DNA of 64,000 bases from positions 1-64,000 of the IMG/VR virus record IMGVR_UViG_3300041583_000345; one strand, given 5' to 3'. Below are positions 48,253 to 57,096 of the stretch, one piece after another (the first letter of the stretch is position 1; every line of letters begins with the position of its first letter). Source of the stretch: a virus. The position numbers were made by a program, and so were the translations under genes. The notes beneath the pieces are model-generated. The model was not told the origin of the DNA and made no database searches. It saw only the letters and a list, made by a program, of their open reading frames with translations.

Positions 48253-48780
48253 TTATATAGTAATTTTACCTTTCACACCAGGTACCATTTGTTTAATTTG
48301 TTCTTTAGAGTATTTTTTAGAAATGGGGGTGTTTTTTAAATAAAGATCACCTACTACTGTTAAATCTTGGGGGAGGGAGGTTATTGGGGTATTATTTAAA
48401 TAAAGATAACCTACTACTGTTAAACCTTGGGGGAGGGAGGTTATTGGAGTATTTTCTAAATCAAGAGAACCCCCTACTGTTAAGTCTTTAGGTAATGCGG
48501 TGATAGGAGTATATGATAAATAAAGATAACCTCCTACTGTTAAACCTTGAGGTAGCGAGGTGATTTTGCTCCCATATAAATCAAGATTACCTTTTACTTT
48601 TAAATCTTGAGGTAGGGAGGTTATTGGTGTACCTGCTAAATCAAGATCATTTTTACCCCCATCCTTCATATATTGTTGGATTTTCTTTTGCGTAGCAATT
48701 AAAAAGTTCTTAGTACGTTCTTCAGGGGAACGTCTAGGGACTAATATTTTATTTTCTAATATGTCTATTAATTTTATCAT
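48253..48780 (-). CDS. 20-aa LRR-like repeat protein, 6 units
   Basis: GGxLxLxxTPITSLPQGLTV units; shared N- and C-caps. Confidence 0.88.
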   Translation of the reverse strand: MIKLIDILENKILVPRRSPEERTKNFLIATQKKIQQYMKDGGKNDLDLAGTPITSLPQDLKVKGNLDLYGSKITSLPQGLTVGGYLYLSYTPITALPKDLTVGGSLDLENTPITSLPQGLTVVGYLYLNNTPITSLPQDLTVVGDLYLKNTPISKKYSKEQIKQMVPGVKGKITI

Positions 48781-49247
48781 TATATAATAATTTCACCTTT
48801 CACACCAGGTACCATTTGTCTAATTTGTTCTTCATTATATTTTTTAGAGATGGGGGTATTTCTTAAATAAAGATTACGTCCTACTGTTAAACCTTGGGGG
48901 AGGGAGGTTATTTTAGTATTTCTTAAATCAAGATCATCTCCTACTGTTAAACCTTGTGGTAGGGAGGTTATTGGGGTACTATTTAAATTAAGATAACCCC
49001 CTACTGTTAAACCTTGAGGTAGGGAGGTTATTTTGCTCCCATATAAATAAAGAGAACCTCCTACTGTTAATCCTTGGGGGAGGGTGGTTATTGGTGTTCT
49101 TCCTAAATTAAGATCACCTTTACTTCCATCCTTCATGTATTGTTGGATCTTCTTTTGGGTAGCAATTATATAATTCTTAGAGCGTTCCTCAGGGGAGCGT
49201 CTAGGGACTAGTATTTTATTTTCTAATAGATCTATTAGTTTTATCAT
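48780..49247 (-). CDS. 20-aa LRR-like repeat protein, 5 units
   Basis: Same architecture. Confidence 0.88.
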   Translation of the reverse strand: MIKLIDLLENKILVPRRSPEERSKNYIIATQKKIQQYMKDGSKGDLNLGRTPITTLPQGLTVGGSLYLYGSKITSLPQGLTVGGYLNLNSTPITSLPQGLTVGDDLDLRNTKITSLPQGLTVGRNLYLRNTPISKKYNEEQIRQMVPGVKGEIII

Positions 49248-49954
49248 TGTATATAAATTTCACCTTTTACTCCCGGTACCATTTGTTTAATTTGTTCTTT
49301 AGAGTATTTTTTAGAGATGGGGGTATCTCTTAAATCAAGATTACGTCCTACTTTTAAATTTTGAGGTAGGGTGGTTATTGGGGTATTAGTTAAATAAATA
49401 TTACTTCCTACTGTTAAACCTCGGGGTAATGAGGTTATTGGAGTATTCTGTAAATCAAGATAACCTCCTACTGTAAAACCTTGGGGTAGGGAGGTTATTA
49501 GAGTATACCTTAAACTAAGAGAACCTCCTACTGTTAAACCCTGTGGTAGGGAGGTTATTGGGGTACTATTTAAATTAAGATAACCTCCTACTGTTAAACC
49601 TTGGGGGAGGGAGGTTATTGGGGTATCTCTTAAATCAAGAGAACCTCCTACTTTTAAACCTTGAGGTAGGGAGGTTATTTTAGTCCCATGTAAATCAAGA
49701 AAACCTCCTACTGTTAAACCTTGAGGTAGGGAGGTTATTTTAGTATAAGATAAATCAAGATAACTTCCTACTGTTAAGCCTTGGGGTAGGGAGGTTATTG
49801 GGGTATTTTTTAAATCAAGATCACCTTTACTCCCATCCTTCATGTATTGTTGGATCTTCTTTTGGGTAGCAATTATATAATTCTTAGAACGTTCTTCTTT
49901 GGAACGTCTAGGGACTAGGATTTTATTTTCTAATATGTCTAATAGTTTAATCAT
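49244..49954 (-). CDS. 20-aa LRR-like repeat protein, 9 units
   Basis: Same architecture; 60-bp DNA period visible. Confidence 0.88.
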   Translation of the reverse strand: MIKLLDILENKILVPRRSKEERSKNYIIATQKKIQQYMKDGSKGDLDLKNTPITSLPQGLTVGSYLDLSYTKITSLPQGLTVGGFLDLHGTKITSLPQGLKVGGSLDLRDTPITSLPQGLTVGGYLNLNSTPITSLPQGLTVGGSLSLRYTLITSLPQGFTVGGYLDLQNTPITSLPRGLTVGSNIYLTNTPITTLPQNLKVGRNLDLRDTPISKKYSKEQIKQMVPGVKGEIYIQ

Positions 49955-50703
49955 TATGAAATTCCTATTATATTAGTATATTCTTTTATATCGTTAGATG
50001 AAATTTGTTTATCTAACCCATCATACCCATCAATTTTCCCATTATCTAATACCGCCAAAGCAACAACTACTAAATTCTTCCAAGTTTTTGGAAATTTATC
50101 TTTAAGTTGATTTATCATTTGCTGTGACTTTACTTTAACATAGTAAAAAGTTACATTATTTGTATAGTAATAATCATTAAAGTGATCGGGGGCTTTGTAT
50201 GTTGTACACCATGAAGAATCTTTTCCACCATCCCCACAGTCTCTAAATGCAAATTGGGATAATCCAAGTTTACGAGATGCTTCGTGGGTGTGGGGGGACA
50301 TTATTAATAGGTCTGAATTCTCTAATACAGTATCGTAGTCGGATTCTAGATCTCTGGTAGATATATTTTCTCCTGAGTTGTTAATTTGGTCAACTTCATC
50401 TTGAAGGGCTTTAAAGGATTTAATTTGGTAAATATCTTTGGTTTTTGTTTTACCTTTTTCTGAGAGTGTATTGAACTCTTCAATGGTGTTTCTTAAATCA
50501 TCTATATCTGTAATTTGTTTTTCTGCCCATTGTTTTGCCATCCACCCTACATACTTACGTGTTGGGGAAGGGTCTATATCAGTTAATATTTTTAACTCCT
50601 CTTGGGTTAGTTTACCGGATTCAACATATTGTTTTGCCTGTCTTATGTTTTCTAATATTGAATGTTTATTTTCAATTAAGAGTTTTGAATAATTAAATTT
50701 CAT
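49954..50703 (-). CDS. hypothetical protein (PcfJ-like domain suspected)
   Basis: DPSPTRKYVGWM...PHTHEASRKLG...WCT...FNDYY pattern. Confidence 0.55.
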   Translation of the reverse strand: MKFNYSKLLIENKHSILENIRQAKQYVESGKLTQEELKILTDIDPSPTRKYVGWMAKQWAEKQITDIDDLRNTIEEFNTLSEKGKTKTKDIYQIKSFKALQDEVDQINNSGENISTRDLESDYDTVLENSDLLIMSPHTHEASRKLGLSQFAFRDCGDGGKDSSWCTTYKAPDHFNDYYYTNNVTFYYVKVKSQQMINQLKDKFPKTWKNLVVVALAVLDNGKIDGYDGLDKQISSNDIKEYTNIIGIS

Positions 50704-50714
50704 ATTGTTGTGTT

Positions 50715-51362
50715 TTATATATAAATATTACCTTTAACATCAGGTACCATTTGTTTGATTTGTTCTTTACTATATTTTTTAGAGATGGGGGTCTTACTTA
50801 AATAAAGATAACCTCCTACTTTTAAATCTTGAGGTAGGGTGGTTATTGAGATATTTCTTAAATAAAGATCATCTCCTACTGTTAAACCTTGGGGTAGGGA
50901 GGTTATTAGAGTATTTTCTAAATCAAGAGAACCTCCTACTGTTAAACCTTGGGGTAGTGAGGTTATTGGAGTGTTTTTTAAATAAAGACTATCTCCTACT
51001 GTTAAACCTTGGGGGAGGGAGGTTATTTTAATCCCATGTAAATCAAGATAACCCCCTACTTTTAAATCTTGAGGGAGGGAGGTTATTGGGGTATCTCTTA
51101 AATTAAGGGCACCTCCTACTGTTAAGCCTTGGGGTAGGGAGGTTATTTTAGTATTTCTTAAATCAAGATAACCTCCTACTGTTAAACCTTGAGGGAGGGA
51201 GGTTATTGGGGTATTATCTAAATAAAGATTACCTTTACTCCCATCCTTCATATATTGTTGAATTTTCTTTTGCGTAGCAATTAAAAAGTTCTTAGAGCGT
51301 TCTTCTTTGGAACGTCTAGGGACTAAAATTTTATTTTCTAAGAGATCTATTAGTTTTATCAT
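50715..51362 (-). CDS. 20-aa LRR-like repeat protein, 8 units
   Basis: Same architecture. Confidence 0.88.
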   Translation of the reverse strand: MIKLIDLLENKILVPRRSKEERSKNFLIATQKKIQQYMKDGSKGNLYLDNTPITSLPQGLTVGGYLDLRNTKITSLPQGLTVGGALNLRDTPITSLPQDLKVGGYLDLHGIKITSLPQGLTVGDSLYLKNTPITSLPQGLTVGGSLDLENTLITSLPQGLTVGDDLYLRNISITTLPQDLKVGGYLYLSKTPISKKYSKEQIKQMVPDVKGNIYI

Positions 51363-51531
51363 TAAATTGTTAATGCCCTCTACTTTTTATATGTAAGTTG
51401 ATTGAGGTGGTCCATATATAAATATGACTATTAGTTTTTATCTTGATATAGTAGCTGTACGATCAACCGTACAATTAAGTCACCATGTTAGACACTACTG
51501 TAAAAGATAATATGTGTAGGTAATTTCTCTA

Positions 51532-52389
51532 CTACTTACCGTGTTGAGCAAGGATTTGTTTTACGTGTGCTTCTGCTACTTCATATGCAACTACCCCACT
51601 TTCATCTTCATAAGTTACAGGGTCAGGTCTACCTAAAGCTATAAATGCTTCAATACGTTCTACTGAAGAAGCTGATTTGTAGTCGCTATTACCACTTGGG
51701 TAGGGTTTGTAAGAGGTGTTTGTGCGTTTGTAAACTTCATCAAATTCTAGTCCTAGTTCTTTACATAATAATTCTCCGTCTTGTAAAATTGTAAATTTAT
51801 TTCCTTTTAAATAAGGAGTAAAATAACCTACTCGTTCAGCATCCCAATTACCTTCTCTGAAGGCTTTGTCATCTGCATCTCTAAACTCCTGTCTGCAGTC
51901 TGGATAAACTGAAAAGTCTCCCGCATGAATTCCTAAAGCAATATCACAGTTTTCTCCTGTACGGTTTGCTATCGATAATGCCACTGCTTGGGTAATAGAA
52001 GCAAATATTTTATTACGGTTAGGAACAACAGTTTCTTTCATGTTGCTATTTTCATAATGTCCCTCCGGTACATCTTTACCTCCTTCTACTAAAGCTGAAT
52101 CTAGTAAGTCTGCTAATCCGTCTAGTTTAATTTGACGGTAATTAATTGTATTGTAGTTTAACCCCACAATTGTGATTGTCCCTAATTGATCCTGTTCTAT
52201 TCTTTCTACATTACCATTTAGATAGTTAACTAATGATTGAGCTCTTTCTAACTCTACTCTGTGTTTTTGACCGTAGTCGAATGAAATACCTGTTACAGTA
52301 TCATATTCTTTTAATGCTCTAAGTAGTAAAGTGCTACTATCCATTCCTCCTGAAAGGCTAACCACGCAATGTTTTTTTGTTTTACTCAT
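51532..52389 (-). CDS. queC: 7-cyano-7-deazaguanine synthase
   Basis: SLSGGMDSS, FDYGQKH, VVPNRN, YPDCRQEF. Confidence 0.95.
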   Translation of the reverse strand: MSKTKKHCVVSLSGGMDSSTLLLRALKEYDTVTGISFDYGQKHRVELERAQSLVNYLNGNVERIEQDQLGTITIVGLNYNTINYRQIKLDGLADLLDSALVEGGKDVPEGHYENSNMKETVVPNRNKIFASITQAVALSIANRTGENCDIALGIHAGDFSVYPDCRQEFRDADDKAFREGNWDAERVGYFTPYLKGNKFTILQDGELLCKELGLEFDEVYKRTNTSYKPYPSGNSDYKSASSVERIEAFIALGRPDPVTYEDESGVVAYEVAEAHVKQILAQHGK

Positions 52390-52795
52390 TTTATTTAAAT
52401 TTATAACTGCCAGGTATTATTAAACGTATAGGCGAACGCTTCTTTATTTTCTATCCCTCAATGGTTGTCATTGACAACATCTCTTTTTGAATATCTTCCC
52501 AACGATCTGTATACTCTTTAAGAGTATAGCTTTTACTTTCCCCATTATTTAGTTTTTCGTTAGCCACTACTTTTAAAGCATGGTTAAAATTAGACGGATA
52601 ACATACGGTTTTAATATACTCTGTACTTTTTTCTCCTTTAGTAACTCTTTCGTATACTGTATAACCTCCTGATTGAGATTTAGCAATAAAGAAAGGTTCC
52701 ATTACTAGGTCTTGAATAAGTGTATCCCCGGCAGGGATTGAATTAGGTTTTCTTAACATATCTATAGTTTTTATTTATATTATTGTACGGATTTT

Positions 52796-53056
52796 TTAGC
52801 TGAGTATTAATTCTTTTAGGTCTTCTTTTGATAGAACCCCCACTTTTGTTAGTCTTGTTCCGTCCTCTCTAATCAATACGGTATGGGGTATGTTTCTAAC
52901 TCTATATTTGGCTGCTAAACCATTAGTATCTGTTTCAATATCTACGGTTGTAAATTTTACTTGTCCTTTATATTCTTTTGCAACACTGTCAAAGATTGGT
53001 GCGTATGTTTTACAGGGTGCACACCAGGTGGCCCAGAACTTAATTATTTCCTTCAT
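52796..53056 (-). CDS. trxA: thioredoxin
   Basis: FWATWCAPC; cis-Pro in RNIP. Confidence 0.92.
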   Translation of the reverse strand: MKEIIKFWATWCAPCKTYAPIFDSVAKEYKGQVKFTTVDIETDTNGLAAKYRVRNIPHTVLIREDGTRLTKVGVLSKEDLKELILS

Positions 53057-53630
53057 TATCTCTTAACTTTATTATAGGTGTCTGCTTTTGAAAATCTTTG
53101 AATAGAAGGTGTTACTGTTGAGTAGGTAGTTTTTTGTTTCCTAACTTCTAACCATTCCATTAACTGTGTGTATGTCTGTTTTGATGAGTTTGCCATATTC
53201 TGTAGGTTATTTTTATATATTTTAAGATACGAACTATTACGTGTATTTACAACTGTTTTACTCTGTACTTCTTTAGAGAATTTTATTTATTTCGTAAAAA
53301 TAGTAATCCTCTCTAAACAGTATATTTTAATTTAAATCCTCAATACCCAAGTATATAAAATCTAACTCACACCCCTCTCCTACTTGTTTATTAATTTCTT
53401 CCCAATTTTTGGACCAGTCTAAGTTAAGTGAGAAGGTTTTTGATTTGTGGGTCCTCCACTCTTTATCGGATTCTAGAGTGGTGGGTGGATTTATGCCTTT
53501 CACAATATTGGGGTGTAGTATTCTATTGGAAAAATCAATACCTGCATTTATATGTTTTTTTCTTGGCTTTACAAGATATAATGGCTAGTCTTTTCATTCT
53601 ATTTATAATAATCTTTCACTCATAACTATA

Positions 53631-54494
53631 TTAAATTAAAGGAAAAATGTCGTAGCCGTATTCTTCTATCCAATCGTATATACTACGTTTATTACCTAAT
53701 TGATACTTATGCTCTAAAAACGTTGAATTTTGTTTATGTAGCTTACTTAATATACGTTCCCTAGTATCGATATCAAAATTAAATGTGGGTTGTTTTATAG
53801 ATTTTCTCTGTGAATGGTCATACAGATGATATATGGGAGTATCCTTATAATTTACTACATCATATCCGTTTGTGTAGGAGCGTAATGTCATATCTAATTC
53901 TTCGAATTGCCAACCGGCATATGGATCGTAACCTACATTTGCTAACCAGTATATGTCGCTGATGTGATACCCACCGGCACCTAATGATCTATAGTAATCG
54001 CCTTTGTTTTCGATTGCTTCAGCGGTGAATCTAAATTTATAATTACAATGAATGTCACTTTTTAAAACGTTTACCATATGTTGGTTGTGCTTGCTATAAG
54101 TATCTACACCATCTTTTGAAGTATACACTTTAGGGTAACAGGTAATTAAGCAATCCCCATCGTAATTATCAACAGCGTCTACCATTATTTTATCCCACCC
54201 CTTATCAAACCTAGTATGAGCATCTATACATAAGTAGTATTTGTGGGATGGTTTTATATATAAATGAGCGTGTGCCCTAACTTGAGTTACGTTTCGTGTT
54301 TTATCTTCTCTTACGTTTATTAATGTTACATTATCTGGGAATTGTGATTGTTGCCACATATCTTCTTCGAAGTCCTGATTATATATTACTATGTCTAAAT
54401 TATTTGGTTCGTTGGCTTTGTCTAATAAATCGTTTACCGTATTAAGTAAGTCATTGTCTAATCGACAAGCTATAAAAACTAATATTGTTTCCAT
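53631..54494 (-). CDS. GT60/Gnt1-like polypeptide GlcNAc transferase
   Basis: ILVFIACRLD.D..NT..DL..KA..P, RAHAH, YLCIDAHTRF..GWD, GYDP, EE.DMTLRSYTNGYD. Confidence 0.75.
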   Translation of the reverse strand: METILVFIACRLDNDLLNTVNDLLDKANEPNNLDIVIYNQDFEEDMWQQSQFPDNVTLINVREDKTRNVTQVRAHAHLYIKPSHKYYLCIDAHTRFDKGWDKIMVDAVDNYDGDCLITCYPKVYTSKDGVDTYSKHNQHMVNVLKSDIHCNYKFRFTAEAIENKGDYYRSLGAGGYHISDIYWLANVGYDPYAGWQFEELDMTLRSYTNGYDVVNYKDTPIYHLYDHSQRKSIKQPTFNFDIDTRERILSKLHKQNSTFLEHKYQLGNKRSIYDWIEEYGYDIFPLI

Positions 54495-55291
54495 TCTGTA
54501 ATTGACTTGTAAAATTTGTTATTAGGAAAATTATCCCATTTTATTTCGTGAAATTTATTTTTATTGAATAGGGGGTCGCAACTATAATGTGCTATGTGGT
54601 GTGATTCTTTTAATTCATTTATGTTTGGGTAATAACAATTTTTACCGTCTACCATTTTAATTTTACTATTGTGACATGCCACGTTAAGCCCATACATTAA
54701 AGCCCACCAGCTATGGCTAGTATTAGGATATTCGTCACTGACTTTGATTGATGTTTCTACTGCTTCGTGGTAGATTTTGTCAAATACTTTTTTCTTTAGT
54801 ATGACATTAAAACCTCCATTCATGTACTGATAATCATTGTGGTGTAAGTATTTGTGAATAATATTTCTATTGTCGCTGTTTACTTTTAAATGCCAATTTT
54901 CGTATGTAGCGTCTACAACTACTTCGTTATCACTAGGAAGGTAACCATCATATTTTTTTAAATGAAATAAATCAGCATCTATTATTTCTAGGTATTCTTC
55001 ATCATCTACATCTCTTGTAACTTGGTAAGCTGCTGTGAATACATTATTAACTATATATCGAGGTTCAGTAAAGTTAAGCATATCTAAAACGCTATCTACT
55101 AGTTTATGTGGTAGGCGTAGCCCCCAATCTAATTCCGTTGTTATTGCGTCGCTTTTATAATTGCGATTTACGATAGGAATTATAGCTTTACTATGAGCAT
55201 CTTCTCCGTACACTTTAAAATGGTTAAATTCGAATAAACTTATTTGCCACTTAAAATGATTTGTTGCTACAGCACAAGGAATACTAATCAT
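54479..55291 (-). CDS. GT-A glycosyltransferase resembling plant HPAT/SERGT (GT95/GT96)
   Basis: FKWQ, EIIDAD (DxD), GGF..I, WALMYG, IAHY in the motif order of HPAT/SERGT. Confidence 0.55.
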   Translation of the reverse strand: MISIPCAVATNHFKWQISLFEFNHFKVYGEDAHSKAIIPIVNRNYKSDAITTELDWGLRLPHKLVDSVLDMLNFTEPRYIVNNVFTAAYQVTRDVDDEEYLEIIDADLFHLKKYDGYLPSDNEVVVDATYENWHLKVNSDNRNIIHKYLHHNDYQYMNGGFNVILKKKVFDKIYHEAVETSIKVSDEYPNTSHSWWALMYGLNVACHNSKIKMVDGKNCYYPNINELKESHHIAHYSCDPLFNKNKFHEIKWDNFPNNKFYKSITEWKQY

Positions 55292-56483
55292 TAATGTAAG
55301 AGTAGTTTTTTAACTTGTAGTGGACATAAAAATTAACATAGTCTTTACCTTCAAATGGTTTTATTCTACCATGCTCACATACTGCTGATTCGTAAAATAC
55401 CATATCTTGTGGTTCGAAGAATATTTCATTTGTTTCGCCGTCATGTCCTTTTATTTGTAGTGCCCAGTCATCACCGAATTCTTTATAGCCGCATCCGCAA
55501 CGTAAATCTTTTGACATCATTATTATAGCACTAATTTGGTGTGTTTCAATTCTATCAGTATGTAAGATTAAACTACTATTTTTATGGTAATTTCTAAACC
55601 CATATATGAATGTTTTTTCTAATTCTTCACCACACCAAGCTTCTAATTTAGGTAATAAGTAATCGTGTATCTTATTTGTTAAATTAGGTATTTCCCATAT
55701 GGGATAAATTGTTGATGAACCGGGTTGAGTATTATCTTTACCGGCATATTCCTCTTTATAACTTTTATCGGCTACACTTATTATTCCTTCAACACAGTCA
55801 TTAAATAGTTTATCATCAAATTTAAATACTTCGAAACCATTTTTTGTTAATTTAGGGAAATCTAATGCTGATGAAAATGTGTGGGATTTTTTAACCATAT
55901 GTTCTTGTGCTAATCTATTGTCTTCTGCGCCGTTCCAATCATTTTCTCTAATCCAAGCAGTAATAATATATTTTTTTCCTTTTATTATGGGTTTACCGGC
56001 ATGTAATACATCATTATTTACTTTACCGTCTATCATGTTATTCCATAGTAAAGCTTTACCTTTAGTAGGTTTAAACGATTGTTTTAAAATAGAAAATTCT
56101 GTTTCACCACCTTCCAAACCATCATTTAAGTAAATCATTAGTGTTTGCGTTCGATTACCTGATGATAAGCAGTGCTGATTATAATGTTCGCCTAAAAAGA
56201 AGTCATAGTGGGGTTTAAATTCCTGCCCTACTTTATATAATTGTCCTTGTAATGCTTCTATTTTGGCTGTTCTAATTCCTAAAGTATTTGCTATTTTTTT
56301 ACTTAGTCTTAACACTACATCATTATCAGCAGGTAAATTACAAGTGGTTGAAGTTCTTGAACTATCAACTACAGCTTTTTTTGTAGCATCAGCTACAGTG
56401 GAAGGTTGATTATTTGCCTTTATTAATTTAATTAAAGCATCACAATCTTGTGTATTTAAAAAATCGTTTAATTCTATAATCAT
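55284..56483 (-). CDS. tandem 2OG-Fe(II) dioxygenase; N-terminal prolyl 4-hydroxylase domain
   Basis: SRTS, E.LQGQLY..GQEFKPHYDF, NRTQTLMIYLN..EGGETEF, LHAG.P...G.KY..TAW; second domain HTDR...HGR. Confidence 0.9.
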   Translation of the reverse strand: MIIELNDFLNTQDCDALIKLIKANNQPSTVADATKKAVVDSSRTSTTCNLPADNDVVLRLSKKIANTLGIRTAKIEALQGQLYKVGQEFKPHYDFFLGEHYNQHCLSSGNRTQTLMIYLNDGLEGGETEFSILKQSFKPTKGKALLWNNMIDGKVNNDVLHAGKPIIKGKKYIITAWIRENDWNGAEDNRLAQEHMVKKSHTFSSALDFPKLTKNGFEVFKFDDKLFNDCVEGIISVADKSYKEEYAGKDNTQPGSSTIYPIWEIPNLTNKIHDYLLPKLEAWCGEELEKTFIYGFRNYHKNSSLILHTDRIETHQISAIIMMSKDLRCGCGYKEFGDDWALQIKGHDGETNEIFFEPQDMVFYESAVCEHGRIKPFEGKDYVNFYVHYKLKNYSYIND

Positions 56484-56544
56484 TTAGTAAGATTTATGTA
56501 TTACTGTAGGGTAGTCTATGCTTTAAAAATTTCTTCTATTTTAT

Positions 56545-56640
56545 TCATAACTTCTTTAAAATCCACCTATCACATGATAAACAGTCTTCTGATGTTCTTG
56601 ATCCTATATCTATTCCTGTTACTGTAATAATTTTTGGCAT
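56545..56640 (-). CDS. 31-aa mini-ORF carrying a copy of the NrdA C-terminal CxxC tail
   Basis: MPKIITVTGIDIGSRTSEDCLSCDRWILKKL versus NrdA end GDIGSRTSEDCLSCDG. Confidence 0.6.
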   Translation of the reverse strand: MPKIITVTGIDIGSRTSEDCLSCDRWILKKL

Positions 56641-56652
56641 AGGTATAACTAG

Positions 56653-57081
56653 TTACTTAACTGTGTTTGCTTTTACTCTAACTTCATGCCACTTTACTCT
56701 ACCGTCTTCTACCGCTTTTTTTATGTTTTTTTGATGGCCATTCAAAAAAGCTGTCCCACTTTTTACCTCAATGAGATGAACAGTAGTTGTTTCTGGTTTA
56801 TCCAAATCTGTAAAGCCTAAAAAATCAATAGGTTTACCTAAATGATGAGTATTTTCCGGAGGTATAGGGAAAACATCCATAAAGGGTACAAAATTCTCAA
56901 TAGTTAATCCCCACTGCACAGAACCTGATCTTTTTTTAGCATCAGCAGATATTTTGCTTTTCTGTTTATCAAACGATACTTGCTGCTGTATTAATTCTCT
57001 CTTAAGTTTTTTTACTTGTATTATAAGGAATACTACTACACCTAATAGTGCAGCAGATACCAGTATATATAGTATATACAT
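56653..57081 (-). CDS. Holliday-junction-resolvase-like PD-(D/E)XK endonuclease with N-terminal TM segment
   Basis: ENFVPF, LGKPIDFLGF, LIEVKSG, Q..IK.AV..G.V. Confidence 0.8.
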   Translation of the reverse strand: MYILYILVSAALLGVVVFLIIQVKKLKRELIQQQVSFDKQKSKISADAKKRSGSVQWGLTIENFVPFMDVFPIPPENTHHLGKPIDFLGFTDLDKPETTTVHLIEVKSGTAFLNGHQKNIKKAVEDGRVKWHEVRVKANTVK

Positions 57082-57096
57082 ACTAATTAATTTAGT

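Noticed and set aside
48253-51362. Diversity-generating retroelement behind the LRR (or HREDGPA) variability; many variable codons are NNT as from an AAT template
   Set aside because: Adenines in scaffold codons (CAA, TTA, ACA, ATA) are invariant, variable codons also end in A or G, and no reverse transcriptase or non-coding template repeat is in the window
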